The notes under the pieces are model-generated. The model searched no databases. It was not told where the DNA came from and worked only from the letters and a program-made list of their open reading frames with translations. This document shows positions 18,891-28,181 of a stretch of 64,000 bases of DNA, in pieces. The DNA is from a virus. Made by a program: the position numbers and the translations under genes. Location of the stretch: IMG/VR virus record IMGVR_UViG_3300045988_047070; one strand, written 5' to 3'. Position 1 is the first letter of the stretch; every line of letters starts with the position of its first letter.

Positions 18891-19131
18891 TACTACAGTT
18901 TTTACAAGTATTACAATTTATTGTACAATTACAGGTTCTCATACCAAGTAGGTTTAACATTTCTTTATAATACATATCAGCATCTTCTGTCAGACCTAAC
19001 TTTGTGGCATTGTCATATAATTCCTTCTTAAATAAGAACATCATAATACGCTCTTTCATTTTATTATCAAGGCAATTATGACAATATCTGGTAAGTAATT
19101 TTACTTCCGCTAAATATAATGATTCTTCCAT
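18865..19131 (-). CDS. hypothetical Cys-rich small protein
   Basis: 88 aa with CHNC...CNCTINCNTCKNCSNGSCTICK. First gene after a terminator. Confidence 0.5.
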   Translation of the reverse strand: MEESLYLAEVKLLTRYCHNCLDNKMKERIMMFLFKKELYDNATKLGLTEDADMYYKEMLNLLGMRTCNCTINCNTCKNCSNGSCTICK

Positions 19132-19140
19132 ATTTTTTTT

Positions 19141-19180
19141 AAAATAAAAAAGGGAGCATGGGGGAATACCCCAAGCCCCC
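19141..19180 (-). terminator. intrinsic terminator after 19204-20181
   Basis: GC-rich composite hairpin (GGGAGCATGGGGG AATA CCCCAAGCCCCC on the + strand). It is followed on the minus strand by TTTTTTATTTT. Confidence 0.7.
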
Positions 19181-19203
19181 TTGTGAGTTAATAAGTTTAA
19201 AAG

Positions 19204-20181
19204 TTAGGCTTTAGCAACAAATGCTTTTAATGCTGTTTCAAAAGCAGAACCAGAAATTTCATCTTTATTAACATAAATCTCTGCAGATAGCGGAGTAGTT
19301 TTGATGTACTGATTATCATTGCTCAAATACAAGTTATCCCACTCTAAAGTAAGAGTATCGTATTCTGCACTCAAATCTGATCTGAATTCAGGAGCAATAT
19401 ACGGATAAATAGCATTAGCACGGTACTGAATACCTTCGTAACCAAGATTCCAATTCTCACGGTCTCTTACAATATAAGCATTACCACGACCCGGAGTACC
19501 CTGAGTCTTAGCAATCGTCAAATTAGAAATAGGATACATTACATTGCTTAACAAACCAGAAGGGATTGTCTTCCACATGAAAACATCCATAGATACTTGG
19601 CAATAACCAGCATCTAAAGTAATTCCCTGATTGTACGGAATTTCCTTTGCAGTCAATGTTAATACTGCAGCAGCACTAGTAGCTACTACTCTAGCTTGTT
19701 TATGATTGTTGATCTTATTCTTGAAAGAAGTGATCAAATCTGTTGCATTGGTAGTTTTAGCAATTACCTCATAGGTATGAGTAAACTGACCCGGAGCTTC
19801 GTGAATGTCATTGTAAACAATGCGCAATACATAACGATGTCCTACTTCAGGAGTAACATCAGTTGCAGTAATTACTACTTTATCTTCAGCTTTATCAACA
19901 AACTTAGTGAATACCATAGACGGCTTAGAACCTTTCTGAATCGGCATACTATAGTTAATAACCGATTTTGTAGATTTTGTACCCTCTTGATCGTATACAT
20001 CTTCTTTACCAACACAAACACCAATGTAAAGTGCAGTGGCAGCTTCTGCCTCAGTTGCAGATTTAACAATTACTTTGTTCTCATTGAACAAAGCGATATC
20101 ACCATCAACCAAAGCATCCACAGTAGTGTAAGAAGCCGGAGCTGTCTTAGCGATAAGTACTTTATTTACTTTTTGTAACAT
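19204..20181 (-). CDS. abundant virion structural protein candidate (role unassigned)
   Basis: 325 aa, located between connector-like genes and the fibres, with a long 5' leader and its own strong terminator. No tape-measure gene follows. Confidence 0.45.
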   Translation of the reverse strand: MLQKVNKVLIAKTAPASYTTVDALVDGDIALFNENKVIVKSATEAEAATALYIGVCVGKEDVYDQEGTKSTKSVINYSMPIQKGSKPSMVFTKFVDKAEDKVVITATDVTPEVGHRYVLRIVYNDIHEAPGQFTHTYEVIAKTTNATDLITSFKNKINNHKQARVVATSAAAVLTLTAKEIPYNQGITLDAGYCQVSMDVFMWKTIPSGLLSNVMYPISNLTIAKTQGTPGRGNAYIVRDRENWNLGYEGIQYRANAIYPYIAPEFRSDLSAEYDTLTLEWDNLYLSNDNQYIKTTPLSAEIYVNKDEISGSAFETALKAFVAKA

Positions 20182-20282
20182 TTTATTTAATTTTTAATAG
20201 TTAAACATTGAGCTCAGTTTAACTTATTTTAGTTCTTCTACTTTGCTTTCGCATTTCCTCGTTAAACTAAACTTTTCGTATA

Positions 20283-20984
20283 TTACTTCATACTATTTAC
20301 TTCGTTAATATACGATTGATATCTAGGATTAGCCTCATTCTCCAAATACAACTCAACCGCTAACTTTACTATCTCATCATGAGTTGATGCTGGCATATCC
20401 TTATACTCCTCAAACGGAGCATCAGTGAGGCCAATCTTATTGGGCATTCTCAAGTAAGTGAGAATATAATTTCTTATATGGTAATTACCATCTGTATACA
20501 AATGAATAGTATTACCTTCATATAGTCTTAATGGTCTAGCGGATCTACCATGTAATCTATATTCTGACAAGGTATTTTGTCTTTGCCTATCGATATTTTC
20601 TACAGTAGCCTCTAGCACATCTGTATTTTTAGTTCTTGGTTGACCACTTGGTCCTACAGGCCAACAATGATCATAACTAAATATCACAGCTGTTTCACCT
20701 AAAGTAGTCATATAATCTTCTGGTAGAGTAACTGTATACTCTTCTGGATAGGTTGTAAACTGATAAGACTTTCTTGTAACCAAACTACGAAGATCATCAA
20801 TTCTCTTTTGATCCTGTTCAAAACCAGTTTGCTTAAAATTAATACCAGAGTATCTGGTTTTAATAAATTTAATTAAACCAGCCGTTAACCAATATTCAAT
20901 ATCTGAAGTAGTAGGTTTCGTTAGATTACTATCTAACTGAGCTATTTCTAATTCAAATGCTTCTTGTAAGTCAATGTACCTCAT
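20283..20984 (-). CDS. head-tail connector-like protein, tandem paralog 3
   Basis: 233 aa. Shares N-terminal (EAFELEI...IEYWL) and C-terminal (HDEIVKLAVELYLENE) blocks with the two upstream ORFs. Confidence 0.45.
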   Translation of the reverse strand: MRYIDLQEAFELEIAQLDSNLTKPTTSDIEYWLTAGLIKFIKTRYSGINFKQTGFEQDQKRIDDLRSLVTRKSYQFTTYPEEYTVTLPEDYMTTLGETAVIFSYDHCWPVGPSGQPRTKNTDVLEATVENIDRQRQNTLSEYRLHGRSARPLRLYEGNTIHLYTDGNYHIRNYILTYLRMPNKIGLTDAPFEEYKDMPASTHDEIVKLAVELYLENEANPRYQSYINEVNSMK

Positions 20985-21682
20985 TATTGTTGATTATTTG
21001 GTTGTTTTACTTGTAATCTATATTTACCTTCAGTAATAAACATATTAACTGCTAAATCTACAATTTCACTATGAATTGATTCTGGTAGTTCACATTTACT
21101 AGCTCCATCAGTAGTATTGAATCTTAATGGTTTTCTATAATAAGTCAATGTAACATTACCTAATGTAGTATATGCATCTACTGCTACTTCTATATAGTTA
21201 TATTTAGTAGTAGGATCTGATACTAATGCAACAGCAGGCTGCCTAATAATAGGAGTATTGTATGCTGTTTTAATAAACTTACCAAGATCTCTATACTTAA
21301 CCAGTTGATTATCTACTCTAACAAAATCTTTATATTGTTTATAAGTACCCTTTACCTTACTAAAGGAATGTACATATAAGAAATATTCTTCAGTAGATAC
21401 ATATGGTAATCTGTATCTTGTAAAACCATTAAGAGTAGTACCTGTTGCAGTTAACTCTTTTTCTACTAATAAACTTTTAATAGAGTCTGTATTTCTAGTA
21501 TGTATGTTAGTTTCAGTTTCCATTTGGTCATCACCAACATAATTCATCATTACATACCTATCTTGAGCTTCATTTAGTATTGAAAATATAAGATCAGAGT
21601 TAGGTTTCTCATCTACAATAAGATCTGGGCTAATAAGTTGAATCCGTCTCTCGAATTCCATTTGCATTTCCTTACTACTCAT
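20984..21682 (-). CDS. head-tail connector-like protein, tandem paralog 2
   Basis: 232 aa. The C-terminal block IHSEIVDLAVNMFITEG matches the neighbouring paralogs. Its stop codon and the downstream gene's start share nt 20984. Confidence 0.45.
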   Translation of the reverse strand: MSSKEMQMEFERRIQLISPDLIVDEKPNSDLIFSILNEAQDRYVMMNYVGDDQMETETNIHTRNTDSIKSLLVEKELTATGTTLNGFTRYRLPYVSTEEYFLYVHSFSKVKGTYKQYKDFVRVDNQLVKYRDLGKFIKTAYNTPIIRQPAVALVSDPTTKYNYIEVAVDAYTTLGNVTLTYYRKPLRFNTTDGASKCELPESIHSEIVDLAVNMFITEGKYRLQVKQPNNQQ

Positions 21683-21683
21683 A

Positions 21684-22394
21684 TTACTCTGATAATTGTG
21701 CTACGTACTGTGGATGTGTTTGAGTTCTTGGAGATTCAATATTCTCAATTGCCATGTCAGCAGCTAATTTAACTACTTCATATTGCATATACTCTGGAAT
21801 TTCATCTAGAGTAGACGTAATATCTTGATTATTAATCTTTCTTGGATATGCTAGATAAGTAATATCTATAGTGTAGGGACCTACCATGAGATCCCTATCT
21901 ATAAATATTATTAACTTATTATCCTCTAGTATTGCTACAGGTTCTTCAATCCAAGGTTTATTATTATGAGTTTCTAAGAATCTAGTAGCTTGTTCGTGAC
22001 TAATAAGTTTTACTGTAGCTATCTTATTACTACCAAAATGTAAAATTCCTTCTAAGAAGTACATACGCTTATCTTGAGTATCATCACCATAAGTAATACT
22101 AGATTTGAAATTATTCATAGTGAGTCTATTACTTATAGGTTCACTTAGTAAAGACAACCCTTTATCAGTTTTTACTAAACCTTCTAAGTCTGCTACTCTT
22201 TTTACATTACCTTCAAATGGTATTCTAAGAGTATTATTACCAGTAGCTTTAGTAGCTATCTTACTTAGATATGCTGTATATAACCAATAATCAATTTCCT
22301 CAGGTAAGAAAGATGGACAGCCAGATATACCAATATTAACGGCATTTTTATCTGCTTCAATCTTAAATGCTATATGTGCTTCTAATACTGTCAT
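21684..22394 (-). CDS. head-tail connector-like protein, tandem paralog 1
   Basis: 236 aa. Contains EAHIAFKIE...IDYWLY and MQYEVVKLAADMAIENIE blocks. Confidence 0.45.
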   Translation of the reverse strand: MTVLEAHIAFKIEADKNAVNIGISGCPSFLPEEIDYWLYTAYLSKIATKATGNNTLRIPFEGNVKRVADLEGLVKTDKGLSLLSEPISNRLTMNNFKSSITYGDDTQDKRMYFLEGILHFGSNKIATVKLISHEQATRFLETHNNKPWIEEPVAILEDNKLIIFIDRDLMVGPYTIDITYLAYPRKINNQDITSTLDEIPEYMQYEVVKLAADMAIENIESPRTQTHPQYVAQLSE

Positions 22395-22395
22395 A

Positions 22396-23148
22396 TTACT
22401 TAGATTCTATTTCTTGCATGATCGCTAGCCTTATATCTTGATTCTTTTTATCATCAAGCATCAGTACAGCTTCATCCATACTCCGACCGATTACATCAGT
22501 ACCATAGTAATACATATTCTTATTCTTACGAATAATATTTTTACTAATAGCTGCTTCGATCAAGTATTGAGTTTCTTTATTCTTATTATTTACCCACAAC
22601 AACAGATATCTTTGTGGATCATTTTCAATAAGTTCGTTCAGCTTACTTTCAACTAACTCGTTACTAATTGAATCTGACTTAATACCATAAAGTCTAAGAC
22701 ACTTACGCATCTCTTCAAGAGACATCTTAGTAAATGCTGAATAAGCCTCACGTTTAACTTTAAATTTCTTATTATTCTCTTCTGCTTCTGCTTGAGAATT
22801 ACTTAACAAGTAGTCAGTACTTGGTGTAATATTACTAGTACCAAATGCTACTCTTTTATGATTTTTTAAGAATAAGTACTTTAATTCATCCTCTGGTTTT
22901 TCAGTATGTATATATAAATCCTTGTTACCTAACTTAATTGAATAAGTAGCCCAGAATGAACTATATGGTGCTAAATGACCTTCTGGATAACCAATAGCTT
23001 TTTCAAGTCTACGAGCATCTTCCTCTGTTAAACCAGTATATCTGTTTCCTGATCTAGTCCAATACGGACCAATATAATCACCACAATTTTTAAACTTTGA
23101 AATACCAACCCAAGGGTTAGTTCTAATAAATCTTAACGTTGCTTCCAT
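22396..23148 (-). CDS. hypothetical protein (head module)
   Basis: 250-aa ORF, first gene after the capsid terminator. Confidence 0.5.
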   Translation of the reverse strand: MEATLRFIRTNPWVGISKFKNCGDYIGPYWTRSGNRYTGLTEEDARRLEKAIGYPEGHLAPYSSFWATYSIKLGNKDLYIHTEKPEDELKYLFLKNHKRVAFGTSNITPSTDYLLSNSQAEAEENNKKFKVKREAYSAFTKMSLEEMRKCLRLYGIKSDSISNELVESKLNELIENDPQRYLLLWVNNKNKETQYLIEAAISKNIIRKNKNMYYYGTDVIGRSMDEAVLMLDDKKNQDIRLAIMQEIESK

Positions 23149-23183
23149 ATATTCTTAATTAAATATAGATTTTAAACCTGTTA

Positions 23184-23216
23184 ATAAAAAAATATAGGGG
23201 CTATTACGCCCCTATA
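23184..23216 (-). terminator. intrinsic terminator after capsid gene
   Basis: 9-bp stem TATAGGGGC/GCCCCTATA (23193-23216), followed on the minus strand by a T-run (A-run 23184-23192 on the + strand). Confidence 0.75.
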
Positions 23217-23259
23217 AGTTATATTGTATAATATTGGCGTACTTGTTTAAATACGTGGA

Positions 23260-24744
23260 TTAACCCTCAGCGTCCATGATCAACTCACCACAGCCACGCG
23301 GATCTCTCAACATGATACCCATCTCACCTAAGAAGTGAACAGAGTAACCGTCCTTTGCATTAGAACGCAAAGTGTTGATAGATTTAGCAGGACCAGCAGG
23401 AGAAATAGAACCACCAGTATACCACTGCATAAATTCACGACCCTTACGTACTACCTTAACAATGTTTGCTTCGCCATCTCTACGACTTACATCCAAGAAT
23501 GTAAAACGATAAGACTCAAGCGGCTTACCAGAAAGTGGGTGTAACAAACGATTAAATGTAGTGTTGTCATACAACGGGAAGTGTTTTAATGTCAACTCAA
23601 TACCATTAGTCATCTTGTATGTTACAAACTGACCACCTAAAGTTAACTCTTGACCGCTACCACTGATAAACTTAGTATCAATTACATTCATCGTAGCAGC
23701 TTTTTGCTTCAATACACGGTCAAACTCACGAATACCCATTTCACCAGTTAAGGCTACGAACTTACGCTCATTAGTACCAAGAATATTGTAAGACAGATCA
23801 AACAAGAAGTCCTCAAGCAACTCTGCTGTCAACTCAGTGTAATAACGTCTATTAGACGGTGCAATCTGCTCAAGCAAACCAGCTGGCAAGTAAACCGGAC
23901 GACCATTAGTACCTTTCAAAGAGAAAGTACCATCAGCGTTACGATTTGACTTAGAGTAAACCATCATCATCTCACAACGTTTTCTCCATTCACGCATTGC
24001 CACCCATTCTTGATAGTCAGACCACAAATAAGATTTCTTACCTGTTTTAGGATCCTTTAATGCAATCCACAATACAGTTGCATAAGCTGTACCTGTAATA
24101 TCATAACTCAAACGAGTTGTGAATAAGTAGTTACGCATCTTAAATTGAGTATTGTAGTTCAGGATATCTGCCTCTTCACTGTACTCCTCGTAAGCAGAAC
24201 CAAGACGTGACATTTCACGACCAGCTAACAAATACTTACCCGGAACGTATGAACTAGACTGACCATCAGCGATGAACATAGTATAGCACCACAAGTTACC
24301 GTCCTGTACAGGAGCACCTTGAATACGTAATTGATATTCTTTGTCATCAAGTACTACAATAGCACCCGGACCAAACCATTTATCTTCTACCCATACTTGG
24401 ATAGGTGTGTTGCCAATACCAGCCATGATTGTGTCAGCATTAGCAGCAGTAATTTCAGTACCCTGCCATTTTGCAGAGCGAATTGTTACAGCTCTATCGG
24501 TATCAATTTCAACATACCATTCATATGTACTTTGATCAATAGTCATTACGTTACCAAGACCACCTGTGATAGCATCAATGGAAGTACCATAAGCACCGTC
24601 TTTTGCGGCAAATACGTAAGAAACAATACGTTCTACTTCATACGGTCTTGACAACATTGCTTCTGAAATCTTATTCTCGTCAATAAGATCTGAAAACCAT
24701 CTACTTTTACCGATCTGTAAATTATTCAGAATTCCGTTATCCAT
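23260..24744 (-). CDS. major capsid protein candidate
   Basis: 494 aa. Sits immediately after an acidic scaffold-like gene and downstream of the portal, and is followed by a strong terminator. The call rests on position and size, with no motif proof. Confidence 0.6.
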   Translation of the reverse strand: MDNGILNNLQIGKSRWFSDLIDENKISEAMLSRPYEVERIVSYVFAAKDGAYGTSIDAITGGLGNVMTIDQSTYEWYVEIDTDRAVTIRSAKWQGTEITAANADTIMAGIGNTPIQVWVEDKWFGPGAIVVLDDKEYQLRIQGAPVQDGNLWCYTMFIADGQSSSYVPGKYLLAGREMSRLGSAYEEYSEEADILNYNTQFKMRNYLFTTRLSYDITGTAYATVLWIALKDPKTGKKSYLWSDYQEWVAMREWRKRCEMMMVYSKSNRNADGTFSLKGTNGRPVYLPAGLLEQIAPSNRRYYTELTAELLEDFLFDLSYNILGTNERKFVALTGEMGIREFDRVLKQKAATMNVIDTKFISGSGQELTLGGQFVTYKMTNGIELTLKHFPLYDNTTFNRLLHPLSGKPLESYRFTFLDVSRRDGEANIVKVVRKGREFMQWYTGGSISPAGPAKSINTLRSNAKDGYSVHFLGEMGIMLRDPRGCGELIMDAEG

Positions 24745-24761
24745 AAATTAATTTATAATCT

Positions 24762-25964
24762 TTAATTATTGTTTAAACTTCGTGCTGCGATACTCCATAT
24801 AGAGTTTGATGAACTAGTGTGAATTCTTTTAGTGCCTTTCGTAGCACCTGTTGTCTTTAAACTTTGTTTCAAGGTCTTTATAGCAGAGCTAGTTCCAATT
24901 TTTTTTGCAGTATCTAGCAAAGTGTCTCCCTTCATAGTAAAATAGGCAGACTCAATTAAATTTTTTACACTCTTAGAATAGTCTTTCTGATATTGAGTAA
25001 GACCATCTGAGTCCGCTTTAAAGATATAATTCAATAAAGCTTTTTTATCCTTTTCAGGAATAGCGATACCTCTGATATCTTTCAGCGATTTAATGTTGGT
25101 GACAACGTCATCGACAAATTTTTGTTGGCGCTCGATTCTTGCCTCATTTTGCTTTTCCTGATCAATCAATAGCTGTTCCTTCTTCTTTTCGGTAATCTCC
25201 TTCATTAGTTCAAGAGCTTCCTCTGCTTCATCTTCTAGAATACCAGCATCTTCATACTTCTCTAGTTTACTCTGGATTCTCTTCTCACTAAACCCTTTTT
25301 CTAATAATAATTCACGAATGATTTGCTTTTGATTACTCTCGATCGAAGTGTCAAAGTTATCAAAATCAATAGCAGTACTAACTTGAAAATAATCTTCTAG
25401 TTTACCACCATTACGAACGAATTCATCAATCTTAGCAACCTCTTCACTTGAATACTCTGGAGTTGAATTTTCTTCAATCAAATCCTTGAAGTATTCACAT
25501 AATTCCTCTACTGTTTTAGGTTTCTGTGATTCTTCATCTTCTTCAAAGTCTAACCCTAATTCCTCAGTAATAGCATCAAAAAAAGCACTAACTTGAATAC
25601 CTTCATTATCTAACTCCTCTTCTTCAGTAGATGTTTCTTCAACGGTTTCTACTTCCTTAGTTTGTTTAGATTTCTTTTTAGGTTCTTCAACTTCTACTTC
25701 CTCTTCCTCTATTTCTGTTTCCTCTTCAGTTTCTTCAGTCTCTTCAACCTCAGTATCTTTTTCTTCTTTAGAAGTATCTACTCCAAACACTTCTTTTACT
25801 GAAGGACCTCTGTTAGTTCTTTGTAAACGTTTGATTTCATCATCAGATATATCATCATTACCTGTACTAAACGTACCTGTTACTAGAGGATTGTTTAATG
25901 TTTCAGATGACAATGCATCTGCTACTGCTTCCCAACCTAATAGTGTATTACTATTGTTATCCAT
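24762..25964 (-). CDS. acidic scaffold-like / head assembly protein
   Basis: 400 aa with a long E/T-rich acidic tract (EETEETEEETEIEEEEVEVEE) and helical charged segments. Directly upstream of the capsid candidate. Confidence 0.45.
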   Translation of the reverse strand: MDNNSNTLLGWEAVADALSSETLNNPLVTGTFSTGNDDISDDEIKRLQRTNRGPSVKEVFGVDTSKEEKDTEVEETEETEEETEIEEEEVEVEEPKKKSKQTKEVETVEETSTEEEELDNEGIQVSAFFDAITEELGLDFEEDEESQKPKTVEELCEYFKDLIEENSTPEYSSEEVAKIDEFVRNGGKLEDYFQVSTAIDFDNFDTSIESNQKQIIRELLLEKGFSEKRIQSKLEKYEDAGILEDEAEEALELMKEITEKKKEQLLIDQEKQNEARIERQQKFVDDVVTNIKSLKDIRGIAIPEKDKKALLNYIFKADSDGLTQYQKDYSKSVKNLIESAYFTMKGDTLLDTAKKIGTSSAIKTLKQSLKTTGATKGTKRIHTSSSNSIWSIAARSLNNN

Positions 25965-25985
25965 AATTATATTTAATTAGATTTA

Positions 25986-26213
25986 TTAATGTTTCCATTT
26001 AGCGGCGTTCCTAGCAAAGTTAGCTTTTTTCTTCATAGCTGGACTTGCTTTACTACCTTTCTTTAATACTTTATTTGCATATTCTTGTACACCCATACCA
26101 GCTTTCTTAGCTGCAGCTTTAAATGTACCTCTCTTGCTTTTCTTGATATGTATTCCACCATTCTTATAACTTGGTACAGGATATAGTGGGTATACTCCTT
26201 CTAACTCTTTCAT
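25986..26213 (-). CDS. small basic protein
   Basis: 75 aa, K-rich, ending NFARNAAKWKH. Confidence 0.5.
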   Translation of the reverse strand: MKELEGVYPLYPVPSYKNGGIHIKKSKRGTFKAAAKKAGMGVQEYANKVLKKGSKASPAMKKKANFARNAAKWKH

Positions 26214-26218
26214 ATTGA

Positions 26219-27517
26219 TTATTTGTTTTCTTGTTCTTCTCCAAAGAACATAGGTAATCCTAATGGAACTGCCAATTCGATTGGAGTAAGATTATTCATT
26301 CTATTTATAAAACCTTGCTTATCTGGTCTAATATCATATAGAGTTCGTAATACTGGGTTGACCCTATTTGCATATTTACTACGATAAGATAAATACTCCT
26401 CGATCTTATCCTGAGTAATAGGATCTGTCCAGTTGTTAATAAGACCTTCTTTTTGCATACCCCTTTTAAGCTGAATCATGTGGGCTTTATTTTCACTAGG
26501 TGTAGTTAAGTATCTATACGTGTTATGGTTAACATCCATCAAACTCTGTCTTATTTCATTATAACTCATTATGTTGTCTCTATCTAGTAGATACTCCATA
26601 TAGTTATTCGTAGCATCTGCATGATGTACTCTATTAACTAAAGCATCTGCTAAGTGACTGATTTCATGATTTGCTGTCCCTTCCAGATAATAATCTGGAT
26701 TAAGACTAATTGTCATATCTTCTATAGTAGGCTGATCTACTTTACCGGTAGTTCTACCATATATAGGATTCCCAGCACTATCATACATTTGTTGATGCTT
26801 AACGTACTTACCTCTATTAGCCATATCCTGAAAAGCAATGGCAGATGCAGCTTTCTTATAATTTGTACCATAAGCTTTATCAACCTTTTCAAGAGTTTCT
26901 ACACTACCATCAGTAGGCGTAAATAAATCATTAGTAATCTTACTAAGTTCCTTATCATACTCCTGCATGTTATTATATTTTCTCTTTACTTCGGCAAACT
27001 CTTGGTCATAATCAGCTTCAGTTTTAACCTTTTTACCCTTCTTCTTTTTAGTGATTGTAGGAGTAAAAGGCTCGGCATAGGATTCTGCAGTATATGCGTC
27101 TGTTCCTTCAATTGCTCTTCCTACTTTCTTTTTTACTTTCTTTATAGTTTTACCAACTCCCCAAGGTATTAGATTTAATGCAGCATCAATGGCAGCTCCA
27201 GCATAATCTCCTTTGCCTAAGTCTTCAATGAAGTTAACTGCATCTTTAATATAACCAGCTGGAGTAATATAAGCTTCTGGTTGAACTGCATTAACTGCAC
27301 CTGATATTTTCCTTTGTCTTTCAAAGTATTCAGGAGTACCAGTTCTATATTCAGGTGGTAGATCTGCTTTATTTATAGTCTTACCTTTACCGTCTTCATA
27401 TGTAGGAATAGAATCAAATTGCTCTTTAATATCAAAATATGTAGCATCAGGGTTATTCACCCTGACACTATCATATATCTGTTTTCTCTCTTTAAGAGAT
27501 AGATCTTTCCATTTCAT
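26219..27517 (-). CDS. protein with HExxH metallopeptidase-like motif
   Basis: 432 aa containing GTANHEISHLADA. Located in the head module between the portal and the scaffold-like gene. Confidence 0.4.
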   Translation of the reverse strand: MKWKDLSLKERKQIYDSVRVNNPDATYFDIKEQFDSIPTYEDGKGKTINKADLPPEYRTGTPEYFERQRKISGAVNAVQPEAYITPAGYIKDAVNFIEDLGKGDYAGAAIDAALNLIPWGVGKTIKKVKKKVGRAIEGTDAYTAESYAEPFTPTITKKKKGKKVKTEADYDQEFAEVKRKYNNMQEYDKELSKITNDLFTPTDGSVETLEKVDKAYGTNYKKAASAIAFQDMANRGKYVKHQQMYDSAGNPIYGRTTGKVDQPTIEDMTISLNPDYYLEGTANHEISHLADALVNRVHHADATNNYMEYLLDRDNIMSYNEIRQSLMDVNHNTYRYLTTPSENKAHMIQLKRGMQKEGLINNWTDPITQDKIEEYLSYRSKYANRVNPVLRTLYDIRPDKQGFINRMNNLTPIELAVPLGLPMFFGEEQENK

Positions 27518-27603
27518 ACTAGTAATATTTACTTACCTGTCTTACCTGGTTTACCTTTTCCGCCCTTTTTAGAGCCACCTTTACAAGCCATAATTATTAT
27601 CTC

Positions 27604-28179
27604 CTATTTTTTAGTTTCTATATATTTCCATCTAAATCCTTTATAAGTTTTTCTACCTGCTTGACACTTACAAACCCTACTAATATATACAGTAGTAGAA
27701 GCCTTAAAATGTTTTGCTGCCTCTGACAGACTATCCCAAATTTTTATCAGATTCCAATTTTTATCAAATTGACCGACCTTTTTACCATTTGCTATTCTGA
27801 GTCTATTATTCCTAGTACCATAATTAGCATTGTATTTAGCAGTACACCATTCTAGATTTGTAACCACATTATTTTTTGGATTTTCATCTATATGATTAAC
27901 TTGCGGTAAATCATGTGGATTTGGGATAAAAGCATTAGCTACAAGTCTATGTACTTTGTACGGCTGTGTTTTCTTATTTATTGTAATATGTACAATTTCG
28001 TATCCGTCCACACCAACGTATTTAGTTACAAGTCTTTCTTTGTAAAAGATAGTAGATGGTTCTTTTCTATTTTTAGTTGGACCAATAGTAGTGTAATGTT
28101 CATTTCGTTTAACATTTCCTAAATTACTGACTGCATATTTATTATCAGTAAATTCAATATCTTTCCAAATTTCATTCAT
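27604..28179 (-). CDS. HNH homing endonuclease (NUMOD4 + HNH_3 type)
   Basis: 191 aa. Has N-terminal WKDI...YAVSNLGNVK and VHRLVANAFIPNP...VNHIDENPKNNVVTNLEW. Free-standing between the portal and head genes. Confidence 0.8.
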   Translation of the reverse strand: MNEIWKDIEFTDNKYAVSNLGNVKRNEHYTTIGPTKNRKEPSTIFYKERLVTKYVGVDGYEIVHITINKKTQPYKVHRLVANAFIPNPHDLPQVNHIDENPKNNVVTNLEWCTAKYNANYGTRNNRLRIANGKKVGQFDKNWNLIKIWDSLSEAAKHFKASTTVYISRVCKCQAGRKTYKGFRWKYIETKK

Positions 28180-28181
28180 AT

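Noticed and set aside
27529-27591. 20-aa basic peptide ORF (MACKGGSKKGGKGKPGKTGK) with an upstream GGAG.
   Set aside because: It is too short to support from sequence alone. It may be real, but I did not call it.
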